DNA of 62,835 nucleotides, counting the filler, from Rhabdomonas costata (Eukaryota), in the NCBI GenBank assembly GCA_019059605.1. It is 33 parts of 33 records of this genome, joined end to end, with 100 filler letters (N's around TTAATTAATTAA, not from the genome) between each part and the next. Parts side by side here need not be neighbours in the genome. Positions count along the whole stretch, not along the records: positions 22,888 to 24,695 come from JAHMHO010008760.1; positions 24,796 to 26,603 come from JAHMHO010008761.1; positions 26,704 to 28,511 come from JAHMHO010008762.1; positions 28,612 to 30,419 come from JAHMHO010008763.1; positions 30,520 to 32,328 come from JAHMHO010008764.1; positions 32,429 to 34,236 come from JAHMHO010008765.1; positions 34,337 to 36,143 come from JAHMHO010008766.1; 26 more parts are not named here. One strand, given 5' to 3'. Made by a program: the position numbers and the translations under genes. Each line of letters starts with the position of its first letter. The first letter of the stretch is position 1. Below are positions 23,269-35,526 of this stretch, piece by piece. Under the pieces are notes generated by a model, which saw nothing but the letters and a program-made list of their open reading frames with translations, made no database searches and was not told where the DNA came from.

Positions 23269-24690
23269 GGGTTCGCCGCCGACACCTTACACCTTGCTCG
23301 GCTGGATGTCTCCAACTTGAAGGCTTCTGAGATTGGCTCCTTGGGAAGACTTCTCGAGACCTACGCAGACATGTCTTCCGAGACGGGGTGGTCCGGGTTG
23401 TCCGTGTGGAACGGGAAAACCGTTGATCCCATCCTTAGAGTGTGCTCTGAAGTGAAGCAACTGCAGCAGCTGTTCCTCAAGTTGGAGGGATATCTGGTGG
23501 GTGGAGAAGTGGTGCCTGAATTTGCCACAGAACAGCGCGAGACTGCATTTCAGTTTTACGCGAAGTATTGGCGGCCTTATGGGGAACTTTTGACTAAGAT
23601 TGAGCAGCGGGGAATGCACCTGGACGTCGAAGACATGCAAAACAAACGTGTGCTTGCGACTGACACGTGCCGGAAGTTGAATCGCGAGTTCTGGGATCAG
23701 GCGTTCAAGATCGAGGCGGTGCGTTTCGATGGCCCTGTAGACCTTCGGAACTCCCTGAATATTCAGTCCTCGAAGCAGGTCAATCAGCTGCTTTTCGGGC
23801 CTTTCAACGACCCCAGTGGGGTGATCAGCATTCCCGAAGAGAATGATTTCCAGGTGAGGTGTCTGGATGAGCAAGGGCAGCCCCGGCTGGCTGAAAATGG
23901 CCGAACGTACACTAAAAGCACGGTCAAAATCACTGGGCTGGGCATCAGGCCTATCAAGGAAAAACCCTCGCTTTCGTCAGATGTGCTACGGGTCCTGACA
24001 AAGAAGCCAAACTTCCACCAAAACTCCCGGGCCCAAAACCACCGCGAGGAAGTGCTAGCCATGCTGGAAACCTACCAGCAGCGTAAGGTTCCCCAGAAGA
24101 TCCTCCAAGGCTTCCTGTCTCCTTACTGCCGGCTCGCCGTGTACTCCCGCATTCACCCCTCGCTGAACCTCAACACCAACACCGGCCGGCTGTCATGTCA
24201 GAACCCCAACCTGCAAAACATCCCCTCCCTGGGAAAGGATCAGGAATTCAAGATCCGGATGAGCTTCACCGCGCCCCCGGGGAAGCTCCTGATCGTCGCA
24301 GACTACAGCCAGGCCGAGCTTCGGATTTTAGCCCACGTCTCGCAGTGCGAGGGCCTTCGGCATGCCTTCCTGACGGGAGGAGATGTCCACTCCCACACCG
24401 CCTTTAGTATGTTCCCTCATGTGCGGGAGGCGGTGGAGAGCGGGAAAGTTGCCGTGGATGCTGACCCCGGGGCCGGGAAGAGCCTGGTCCCGCTGCTCAA
24501 GGACGTGTTCCCAGAGGAGCGGAAAAGAGCGAAAACGCTCAACTTTGCCGTGCTGTACGGCCAGGGCCCGCGCCGGCTCGCCGAGACGTGGAACGTTTCC
24601 TTTGAGGAGGCCCGTGATGTTGTCGGGAAATGGTTCACTGGGCGCCCCGAAGTGGGCCGGTGGAAGAAGCAGGTTGTTCTGTACCAACAC
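23269..24690 (+). CDS. POP: Family A DNA polymerase, POP type (plant and protist organellar DNA polymerase), partial
   Basis: RIHPSLNLNTNTGRLSCQNPNLQN, motif A LIVADYSQAELRILAH and motif B RKRAKTLNFAVLYG. It also has the POP-like segments FYAKYWRPYGELL and MFPHVREAVESGKV...VPLLKDVFPEER. Confidence 0.9.
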
Positions 24691-25059
24691 CACCCNNNNN
24701 NNNNNNNNNNNNNNNNNNNNNNNNNNNNNNNNNNNNNNNTTAATTAATTAANNNNNNNNNNNNNNNNNNNNNNNNNNNNNNNNNNNNNNNNNNNNTGTGG
24801 TGGGTGTGAGGGTGTGTTTTGGGTGTGAGGTGCAGGTAGGATACCCATTGATCGTACTACCATGGATCCACCCCTGCGTTGAATTTTCGCTTCGGTATTT
24901 GTGTTTCGTCTTTCATCTTTCGGGGTTTTGGGATTTTGGAGTTGGAGGTTCGGGGTTCGCGGCTTTGCTTAAGGATTTCTTGCTATTGGTGGTATTGTGG
25001 AGGAGTCTGCATTCGGGGCTGGAGTGTGCGTTCTTGTTTTCTGCCTTGGCACCCACACC

Positions 25060-26603
25060 GATATACTACTGAAGCCGTGGAAACATGGAGCATGGTTGAG
25101 ACGGACACAGGGAGCATGGTTGTTGAGAGCATGGTTGTTGAGACAGGAGACGTAAAGCACTACAGAAGCGGTACACACAACAAGGCATCACATCATTACA
25201 CTGATACAGCACACCACCCTCCGACCCTGACATCCTGACACCCTGACAGCCCGACACCCGAACACCATGAGAGCATGACAACAAGCAACGCACTGACACC
25301 ATGACAACCAACGCACTGACAAACAACACACGTATACAGTAAGAGTAAGAGTAAGAGTAACACACACACAGCTACAGCTAAGGGAACAGATACGGATACG
25401 GATACGGCATGGTAGCAAGTGAGCATGGTAGCAGAGACAGAAGCGTAAAGGAAGCGCAAGAGACTCAAACACAGGATGCACACAACTACGCTAGAAGCAG
25501 AAACAGAGAGCAAGGTTACAAAGCATGAGAGCATGATTACAGAGAGCATGGTTACAGAGAGCACGGTTGCGGATACGCAAACAGTGAGCACGATAACATA
25601 CAGAAGCACGAACACACCAGAAGCAGTAACACACGCTAACCCAAGCACAGACACCGTACAGTCCATAAACCCAACGTCCGAAACACCTCAAGCAACCAAC
25701 ACACCTCCAACACAACCAACGCAACCAACGCAACCAACAGGAATCACCAGCATACTACCATCAAAGTCAAGCGCACCAACCAACCAACACAACGCAACAG
25801 CCAGAACCAGACACCCTACAGCAACGGAGCCAGGAACAGAGACAGAGAGCATGGTAGAGAGAGAGCAAGGTTGACAGACACAGAGACAGAGAGTGGTTGA
25901 CTCCGACACACTACGCACCAACCCCAACAACAACAACACAAACCCCTACCACAATCACGCCTACACCAACTACACCTACTACACCAACTACACCTACACC
26001 CACCATAAAAGAAGAAGAACACACGCACACGTAAGGAACACACCATGCACAAGCTCACCACACACCATACGACACCCACGCACACCTTAACACAAACCAG
26101 TACCCAACACGTTGTCAATCCCACACTCAACACCGCAAGAAGCACCAAAGAACCCAAGGACACACCACTTAACAAGGACCATGCAGCAACACCATCCACA
26201 CCCTCCACACCCAACCCCTACGCAACACCCACCACAAGGAACACCACCAGCACCAGTCCACTCATACTCCCCAACACCACTGCATCCACCACCACCAGCT
26301 GCACCACAAAGACCACGCACAACCACACACAGCAACCCACAGCAACACAGAAGCACCCGATCCCATCGCAAACTAACCCGCACCACAAACGCATGCACCG
26401 AAGGCCACCAACCATGCAACCGACACCAAATACACCTGTACACCCCCACTCACACCCGCCTGTACCGTACCCACACCACCAGCCAATCCCGTAGCAACCC
26501 CTGCACACACCCCAACCGCAACGCACACGATGACACCTGCACACACGATGACCACTGCAACCATCCCACCATACGAACTATCACAGCACAACAACGCAAC
26601 GGA
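25060..26603 (+). repeat. A/C-rich low-complexity region with a degenerate 15-nt unit (GAGAGCATGGTTACA, 'ESMVT') and Thr/Pro-rich mucin-like frames
   Basis: GAGCATG recurs at about 25089, 25112, 25127, 25271, 25421, 25529, 25544 and 25847. Frames such as TESMVTESTV and PTQPTQPTQPT are broken by stops and shifts. Confidence 0.6.
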
Positions 26604-27299
26604 NNNNNNNNNNNNNNNNNNNNNNNNNNNNNNNNNNNNNNNNNNNNTTAATTAATTAANNNNNNNNNNNNNNNNNNNNNNNNNNNNNNNNNNNNNNNNN
26701 NNNAACCCAAGCAAAATGGGTCAGAAATGGGCCAAAAACAGGCGAAAAACGAGCCCAAAATATGGCCCAGGCGCCATTGTCGGCGGAAGTGGAGTATTTT
26801 CAAAACGCTTCATGGTAACTAATCATTATCGGGAGGGAACAGGACTTGAGAAGCGTTTGCACGCGAGAAAGTAAATTATTGTCCATTTTTTCCATAGTGA
26901 TGGCCCCCTTTTAAATCGAGTTTTGTCAAATGGTAATTATAATGGGGAAGAAAGCGGAAGAAGAACCTATGAAGAGAACATTTAGAATCTTGGACAAACG
27001 CATGACCCCCGCCCCAAAAAAACCCCATGCAAAGTCTTCCGCGTACATCGACCTCTAACCTCCTGCTGTTTTTTTCCCAATCAATAGGACTGGTCTTTAT
27101 CAATTATAACTGCCGCCCAGCCAATTGAGGTAAAGTCATAGAAGTCCCGAAACAGAACCGCAGGGGATCCTTACACAAGTAAGTTCCAACAGAGCACAGA
27201 CCCTGTAGAAGTGCCCATATTGTGCGGACAAGAAAGTAAAGAGTAAAGTTGGAGCCATAGAGGAGACGAAAGTGCAACCACAGAAAATAGAAGCAGGAG

Positions 27300-27634
27300 C
27301 CAGACATTGGGGACGGTATCGGGCGTTGCCCATGCACATGACAGCCTGGTCCAGTCCATTTGAGCGCGAAGTCGATACTACTCCTCAGCATTGCACACCA
27401 AATGCAAATGGTGCAAAAAAGAACTTCTCCAAGGTCTACCTAGCGAAGGTCCCTGTGGGTGCCGGGCTCTGCAGGGACGGGAATTATTTTCCTCGAACGC
27501 CATCACCCGTAGGACCTCGAGCGCCGTGGGGCCGTGCGTGTGGAGCTTCGGGCTCGCCAGCTCGAGGCCCAGGCTCGCTCGTTATTTTCAAAAGAAATCA
27601 TAACGACACCCGAGACATCCCCCGCGGCACCTAG
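27300..27634 (+). pseudogene. Possible degenerate PARP/ADP-ribosyltransferase catalytic C-terminus
   Basis: HCTPNANGAKK..KVYLAKVPVG...PGSLVIF resembles the P.ANG.K.MYLARVL.G...FVIF segment of PARP domains. Catalytic residues are not recognisable. Confidence 0.25.
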
Positions 27635-29063
27635 GAGTTTTGGCTGCTTGCTTTCGCCCGGCGACCCGGTGCATCCATCCTGAGTCGTCAGGAACACAGC
27701 CATTTGCCCCTAACCCCCATCCGTACTCTGTAATACCAATGGTAATTATGTCGTCCCGCACCCCACGCCTGTCAATAGTGCCCGCCCTGCCCCTTGGCAA
27801 TTTTCATTGCCCCCATCCCCTCTCCCCGTTCTCTTCCTTCCCTTCGCTTCCCTTTTCTTGTGGGATAGTTCAGATTGCTGAGCTGTTTGGGTTAGTGAGT
27901 GGTTTCTTTTCGTCTTTGAAAACCACCAGCATATTCTACTTTTTTCAGAAGTTTGGGATGCGTCCTTCCCCTCTGCGACCGCAACACCGAGGACCTCTGG
28001 GCCGGTGTGCGCATGTGTGTGCGTGTGTGTCTTTGCGTGTGCTCTGACAGAAAATTGAAAAATTGATGGTCCCAGGTATGTGCAGTAGTGTATGTGGTAA
28101 CGGTAGTTTCAGCGCTCTGACAGTAGTGACGAAAAAGCCACACAATGATAAGCACAAATTATGCCCACGGCTCAACTTTTTGAAAACCTCCCAAGTGATA
28201 CGTTCAGCAGCAGCAGTAGCCTTTACATCAAAGTCCTACTCACTCACAGCCCCAGTCTTCCCAAATTAGTATAAGGGGAACAACAAAAGAAGGACTTGAC
28301 ACGTGCTCAGCTTTCGTGAATGCTCAGCAAATCACACCCACAAGCTCAGTTGGATTTGTGCACACCGTGGTCCCTCGCTGAGCTGGAAAGCCCCTATACT
28401 GGGGCCGTGCTGCAATCCGGCAACCGCGTGAAAGATCACGAGGACAAGCCATCACAACGCGAGGTTCCTCCACTGCACCCGCGAGGTGTGAAAGCCCCCC
28501 CGACCTCAAAANNNNNNNNNNNNNNNNNNNNNNNNNNNNNNNNNNNNNNNNNNNNTTAATTAATTAANNNNNNNNNNNNNNNNNNNNNNNNNNNNNNNNN
28601 NNNNNNNNNNNGGGGTTGGGTAGTTGTTGGCTAACCAGCAACCGCCAGCCGGAAAAGGTGGGGAAGGTGAGCATAAAATTGTCATGATTACCTCTCAAAG
28701 TCTGGTGAGAGGAGTCACGCCTCTGAGTTTAAAATTAAGCGTTGAAGCAACGAGGTTACCTCGGTCAGGCGACCGCTTCAAATCAGGTTTTGCTCTCAGT
28801 TGTTTCGCAATTCTCCGCTGCCAAAGTTTCCGATCGCAACGTTCATTGTGATGGAAAGGGAGGGCGGGCGAATTCACGTGCACCTTTTTTCCCACTCCCA
28901 GTCTCATCGCTCGACTTATTCTTGGTGATTGCATGATTGTTTTTGGAATTCTGAGTGTTTCGAATCTTGGCTCCTCCTACTGCACAATGCCACTGCTTTT
29001 GTAAACACGAACGTTTTTATGGGCCCCTGATCGGAACGGTTTGATAACACCGGATTCTCTTGA

Positions 29064-30419
29064 ATGGAGAAGGGTTACGTTCGCATTGGTTGTGGAAAGC
29101 CAGTTGAAGTGGATAGTCTTTGTACCTCTCCCAGGGTAGCTGTGTCGCATCACGGGCTCAGGTCACCAGCGCCGGGAGTTTCAGACTTTTCCCGCACACC
29201 CAAGCCAGTTGTTAGCTTCTTGGTCGCCGAAAATACTCATCAGAAGGAAACTCGCTTGAGCTCGCCCATATGCCCCGCTATAAGCCAAGTGGCTTGCCAA
29301 CAGGTGTTTCCCCATGTTGTTGGTCGTGCTCACGCCAAAGTGCCTGAACGTTTTGTTCACTGTGAAGGTGAAGCCGACCTCGCTCGCTGCAGAGAGGCCG
29401 AGCGCTCAGCAGCGCAGAAAGAAGTCGCCGAGCTGCGATCCAATCTTGCGGGACGCGATCAGTTGGTGAAGTCTTTGCAATTGAGCCTTGTGGAAGCAGA
29501 AACAAAACTGCGAAGCCCTTGTAAAGCAGTGCAAAACACCTGTGAAGAAGCGCACAGACGCGATGCGCTTTTCGTGGAAATGAAGTCTCATCTGGTGAGT
29601 CATACCACGAACTTTCTACAGGTGCTAAAAGATATTTTGGATCGCCTCAGGGTTTCTTATACAGGACCACCCGAAGGCTACATGAAACTCGTTGAAAACG
29701 GACGTTTGTCCATTGAGCAGGGCTTGTATGCTACGCAAGGCTTCTTGAAGGCCATTCAGTGCCTTACCGTGGAGATGTTCAGCACCACTTGCGAGGATAC
29801 GGTTGTTCAGGACCTACTTCGGCAAGTGGCTTTCTATGAGCAGAGGTATTCTCAATACGCGGCTGAGAATCGATCCCTTCTGGAAGAGCTCAAGTCGGCG
29901 GAGCAAAAGATTGCCGACCAGATTGGGCAGATCTTTGACTTAGAGAGTTCTAATTCGAGGATGAAGATATCGTTGCAGCAGTCAGGGCAGGAGCTGCTTC
30001 AGCTTCGGGCGTACGTAGGGCGGACCGAGATTGCGAGCGGTCAGCTTGAAGTATCGGTGTCACTTCTGACCGAGGAGAACAAATTTCTTAAAGCGCAGCA
30101 TCAGCAGCTTTTGCGAGCAAGCCGGGACGCGAAAAGCGAAGAAGTGGCTCGTCTGCAACAGGAACTGACCAGAATGATGGTCACGTTACGCGAGGCACAG
30201 CTGAAAGCAAATGAAGAGAGTCTGGCCAACGAAAAGCTGCAGCATGAGCGTGATCAGTATCGCGGAGAGATTGCTGCACGCCGCGCCGAACTGTTGGTTA
30301 TACAGGATCGTGCGAGTGCTGAGTTTTCCAAGCTCAACAGTGAGCTCAGTTCCTGTTCGGTCCAACTTGAGGAAGCGAGCCGATCACTGTTGAGCTTGGA
30401 AAACTCAGCACCCACACAA
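29064..30419 (+). CDS. Long coiled-coil protein, paralog A, 3' truncated
   Basis: Intronless ORF of about 450 aa, rich in E/Q/L/R/K, alignable by eye with 32515-34170. Confidence 0.8.
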
Positions 30420-30619
30420 NNNNNNNNNNNNNNNNNNNNNNNNNNNNNNNNNNNNNNNNNNNNTTAATTAATTAANNNNNNNNNNNNNNNNNNNNNNNNN
30501 NNNNNNNNNNNNNNNNNNNGGTGGTTCCACTGGGCTCGGTGTTCAGCATCCGTATCCCGACTATGCTTTCACAAAGTGGGCGCTGTCCCGGCTTACCTTG
30601 GGTGCCCCCAAGAGCGTGA

Positions 30620-32300
30620 CTTTCTTACGACCGGTACGGCTTCGACTTGCGTCCGAAGTCCGGCGTGCGAGGAAACCTGATGTCTCCATCGGTCAGGGGT
30701 GAGAGTGTCCTGTCTGATGCTGCGACGTGGGGAGGCGTTCCTGGGTGCTTGGGTGCGTTATGCAAATGGGGCGTCGAGGCGATCTCTCTCTTTAGCTCGG
30801 CTCTTCGACCACTCCAGGGTCACTCCGCGAACCAACAGAAGGTGAAGGGGGTACGAGCTTTGCAAGGGGGGACCTGGTGTCTTGACTTCTGCGGGCTCGC
30901 GGCCTCGGGCTCTGCTTATTCATAGGGGCTGGCTGGGGGCGACTCTGGCTCTCCTCCCTTCAAGCAGTCTGGGACTTACGTAGCACTTACGCAGCAACAG
31001 TGCAAGCACAGCAGCGTTCACATCCACAACTGCAGCAGCTACGACTCCCACACTCTACCTCCCTGTTGGTTTTGCGCCGGCTCTTTCGCCTCCGCGCTTC
31101 TCCATTGCAACCTTATTACAACGCACAACCAAAACAAGCACAAACAAAGGAAATTAAAGTGCAAACCCTTTGATCTGCCTCTTCCCATCCCCTCTCGTCT
31201 GCAGCAAAACCCTAATCCAACAAAAGGACCACTCTGACCGAAAAACTGGTCCAGAGAATTCGCAAACAACATCCTTCAATGCAGTCGAATTTCTTCTTTC
31301 GAAGAAATCCACTTTCATTGAATTCCGCCACTTGGGACATTCTTGTCATAATCTTCGAGCTTTCCCGAATTCTTCTGTCTTCGGTGCAACTCTCTTGTAC
31401 AAAACCTTCTTTTCAATCCAACTATGCCGCTTTACTCTTGCAACCCTTCTGTCTCTGGCCTTTGGCCCTCGGCAATTTCTTACCGAGCTCCTCTTTTCTT
31501 TGACTGTCCACTGCGCTGCTGCTTGCTGCTCTTCTGCTGCTTCGTCCCTTGGAATCTCCTCCTCCATTGCCTTCTCTCGCTGACTCGCACGGGCGTTTGC
31601 CCCACTCGGCTCTCCGGGTCGGCCTTCTCTCCATTACTCTTCCCCGTATATAATTTCACTGCCTTGACGGCTTTTTCTCTTACTCCGAGGGTCGGGGCTT
31701 CCATTGGTACCAAAACTCCCCCCTCGGTCTCCCGCCTTGCTCTTCTAACTTCTCCTCTTTCGACTCTGCAACGAGACTCTTCCCCAACTTCGTCCTGCAA
31801 CTTGCCTTCTCGGCTTCTCTTCTCTTCTTCCTTCTTTTTCCTTTGCGCTGATCTCGGCCTGGGCGGCCTCCTCGCTGCTCTGGATCCGCCTTGGCCTCCC
31901 GCTTGGGTGGGCGCTGCTGGCCTGGGCCTCGCGGCCTCAACCTACACTCTATGCTTCTCCTCGTTCCGCTGCCCTGCCCTGCCCTCCGGGACTGCTCCCA
32001 GGACTCTCCGCGCACTCCTTCTCGACAAGGTCCGACGCTACTCGTCAAACTCCTCCCACCCATCATCGACACCTGCGCTCTTCACTTTCTTCTTTCTATT
32101 CGGCGCTCGCCTTTCCACTAACTTTTCTCCTCTCAAAGGTCAGCTCCTCACAAAGGTCTTCCCTCTTTCCTTGCAACTTTCTTGAAAGCTAAGCTCTTGA
32201 GCTTCAGCTCAGCTCTGCTGCCTCTTTGCAACTTCAACGCTTCTGCTATCAGATTGATAACACTTCATATCGGCATCTCACTGATCCCCTGAGATTTCAC
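30620..32300 (-). pseudogene. Decayed purine-rich coding-like sequence (possible retroelement ORF1/gag relic)
   Basis: Long R/E/K-rich frames broken by isolated stops (WEEFDE*RR, HRV*VEAA, SPYE*AEPEA). No recognisable domain. Confidence 0.3.
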
Positions 32301-32514
32301 TGATTCTCTCTTCTCTCTCACAACAAAANNNNNNNNNNNNNNNNNNNNNNNNNNNNNNNNNNNNNNNNNNNNTTAATTAATTAANNNNNNNNNNNNNNNN
32401 NNNNNNNNNNNNNNNNNNNNNNNNNNNNTGTTGTGGGGACTGCAGCAAGCTTCGGCCCCTTTCACGAGGAAGCCAATATTGCTGGCGAATAGCACCACCG
32501 TACGGCACCCTTCC

Positions 32515-34170
32515 TTAGCCTTTTCTCGCCTGCTCCAGCTGAAACGCACAGGCTTTCAGCGCGTCTTTCAGTCGAACGTTCTCCGAAAGAGCGGCCCCAC
32601 TGACGGAGGAAACCTCAGCCCGAAGCTTGCTGCAGTCCGCACGAAGCCTAGCACATTCGTCAAGCCACTGGTCACGGTCCAGCTTCATCTTCTCCAAAGC
32701 CAAGTCTCGGTCCTGAGTTTGAAGCTGCGCCTGCCGCAACGCAAGATTAAGCTTGCAAGCCTCCTCCTGCAAACGCGAAGATTCTTCGACCTTGAGGCGT
32801 AGACTCTTAGTAGTCTCTTCAAACTTGAGCCCGCAGCAAGACAGTTGCTCTTTAAGCCTGCAGTTCTCTGACTGCACACAGCCGCTAGATCTGGCGAACT
32901 CACTCCGCAGCTGAGAATTCTCCTCGAAGCTCTGATCCCGTGCTTCCTTCACTTTTTCTAGTGCCATTTCGCGCTCTTGGGCTGTAAGGGTCATCGCAGA
33001 AATTTCCTGCTGCAGCCGAACCACTTCCTTGTGCTTCTCCTGCTGACACTTCGTTGCTTGCTCAAGCTGACCCGAGCAGCACCGAAGCTCTTCTTTTAGG
33101 TGAGAATTCTCCGTTAGAGCCGCACCACTAACGGTAGCGAGCTCTGCTCGAAGCTTGCTGCATTCCGATCGAATCTTCGCCGATTCCTGGGCACATTGCT
33201 CGCGATCCTGCTTCAGCTTCTCAAAGGCCACTTCCCGATCCTGAGCTTGAAGCTGCGCTTGTCGGATGCTCACAGTCAGCGTGGTGACTTCCTGCTGCAG
33301 TCGAATCACCTCCTCACTCTTCGCCTGTTGCTCGCTTCTCGCCTGCTCAAGTTGGTTGGCGTAAGCCTTTAGTTCTTCCTTCAAACGGCACGTCTCTGTG
33401 TTGGCAGCAGCTCGAACAGATGCAAGTTCACCCCGAACCTTGGCTGACTCATCGAGGCACTGCTCGCGATCCTGCTTCAGCTTCTCAAAGGCCATTTCTC
33501 GATCCTGGGCTTGAAGCTGGGCCTGACGAAGCGTGACTGTAAGCGTGGAAATTTCCTGCTGCAGTCGAATCACCTCTTCAGATTTGGCTTCTAGGTCACT
33601 TCTTGACTGCTGGAGCTCCTCCGTGGACAACTTCAGTTCCTCTTTCAGGCGAGTGCTTTCCTGATAGGCGGCCGCGCGAATGGCAGCAAGTTCAGCGCGA
33701 ACTTTTCCTGCCTCTTCAGTGAGCTGGTCTCTTTGTTGCTTAAGATTCTGGATGGCCAAGTCGCGCTCTTGCACCTGAAGCTGTGTTTGACGAATCGTGT
33801 TCGCCATTCGCGAGATCTCCTGCTGCAATCGGGATACTTCCTGGCATCTTGCATCCTGGCTCGAACGCAGTAACTGTTGATACTGCGCCTTGAGGAACCC
33901 ATTTTCGCCTGAAAGAAGACCAACGGTCGTTTCGAGCTGGTTGTTAGCTATCTCGGTCCTGCCAGCATAAGCTCGAAGGGAGAGCACCTCTTGGCCTGAC
34001 TGTTGCACCATAGACCTAGTGAGAGATTTTCACTTTGCAGGCAGTTCAGATGCTCAGATGCTTCCGTGACTTTGCGGTCAGTGGACTTTAAGGCCTCAAT
34101 CAGCCGACAATTTTCCGCTGCATGCTGCGAGCATCGTTGTTCTGAGACAGCCACTTGCTGAAGAAGGCCA
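32515..34170 (-). CDS. Coiled-coil tandem-repeat protein, paralog B (units of 88, 88, 95 and 81 aa), frameshift at about 34012
   Basis: Repeated EEVIRLQQEI..LRQAQLQAQDRE.A.EKLKQDREQC units. The upstream frame (LLQQVAVSEQRCSQHAAENCRL) aligns with paralog A. Confidence 0.82.
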
Positions 34171-34233
34171 CGAGAAACGATGCTCGCAGCATGCAGCGGA
34201 AAATTGTCGGCTGATTGAGGCCTTAAAGTCCAC
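34081..34233. repeat. Contig-terminal perfect inverted repeat (58-bp arms 34081-34138 / 34176-34233)
   Basis: Direct reverse-complement comparison. The outer arm copies coding sequence. Confidence 0.95.
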
Positions 34234-34337
34234 AAANNNNNNNNNNNNNNNNNNNNNNNNNNNNNNNNNNNNNNNNNNNNTTAATTAATTAANNNNNNNN
34301 NNNNNNNNNNNNNNNNNNNNNNNNNNNNNNNNNNNNG

Positions 34338-34982
34338 GGTTTGGTGAGCGGGCTGCTGGGCCGGTTCAGCATCCTGGCGCTGTACTCCACCTTCATGCTC
34401 ACCCTGGGGCGGGTGCTGCGGTGGCTGCTGACGGGGATGGCGTACCGCGTGCCTCTGGAGACCATCCGGGACACCAGCCGGTACGCTGAGTGTGGGATGG
34501 ATGTGCCCTGAGCTTGATGCGTGAAAATTGAAAAAAGCAAGTTTGCGGGTAGTTTTTGGTCATGGACATTTGGGTGCGCTCGACTTCTGGCGGCATGTCA
34601 TCGATCATACGTGCAATGGCGATATGCGTTGAGCAAGTTAGGTACTGCTGGAGGGAGAGCTACTTCCTGGGCACTCCGCACCTGCACCGCTCTTTACTGC
34701 AGTGCCTGAGTCCCTAAAATGTATGAAGAGGGCTTTTTGGTCTCACTCTAACGCCTCAGAGGGCTGTCTGTTGGTTGGGGGGGGGGAGAGTTTTTTTGCC
34801 CCGATACACGTAGACTGCTGCAACACGTCGCGGATATTAAGCTGGCGCGGGCCGAGGGCGACCTTGTGGTGGAGGAGGAGCTTTACTGGGAGCTGATCAA
34901 CATCTATCAATCCCCAGAGCTCATTCGGAGGGTCACCTCCGCAGAGCCTGAGGCCCCTTTGACCTCCTCTGCCGCAATGTGA
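34338..34982 (+). CDS. PIEZO: Piezo mechanosensitive channel, C-terminal pore region (exons 34338-34480, 34814-34982)
   Basis: FSILALYSTFMLTLGRVLR...VPLETIRDTSR|LLQHVADIKLARAEGDLVVEEELYWELINIYQSPELIRRVT matches the Piezo inner helix and CTD (LEEELY..LI.LYRSPE). Not present in the ORF track. Confidence 0.9.
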
Positions 34983-35526
34983 GCCTCTGCAATAGTGTGT
35001 GGGCCAGAGTGAGGAGCGGCCTCCAATGCCAGAGCTGGAGTGGCTCGGGTTCCGAGCCACGGGAGCGGCTCCTTCTCCGACCCTGGTCCGTCACGTATAT
35101 GTCCCTCATCCCACGTTTCAAGTATGGGAACCTCCTGTATCACAGTTATGATAGGCGATGAGGCTTTGTACAGTAAGTTTGTTTTCATGCTCCAATCGGG
35201 ATGGCTTCCGTTTCCTACCTCAGATCCCTTCGTTGTGGGTTATGACCGATCAATTTAACTCCTTTTTATCGTTTTGTGGCCTTGGAGATGATGCAGAATC
35301 TCGTCCCAACAAAGAATCCTTTCCTTGCAGCCACCAACCCAATATTTATGCCTGATGTCCGGTCGCCAAGGAATTTTCCTCTTTTGACTCTTCTTTTCAC
35401 GGTATCACAGTACTGGTTCCGAAATCCGCAGTGATGCAGTGTTGTATGATTATATGATGATGATGATGATGATGTGTTGCCATAGTCTCTCTATTTTTTT
35501 CATACACTTTGCCACATTTCGTGTAC

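Noticed and set aside
28945..28965. TTCTGAGTGT resembling the euglenid spliced leader
   Set aside because: The match is too short, and the rest of the leader and the donor site are absent.
31424..32185. 253-aa plus-strand Leu/Ser/Phe-rich ORF
   Set aside because: It is open because the strand is pyrimidine-rich. No domain features.
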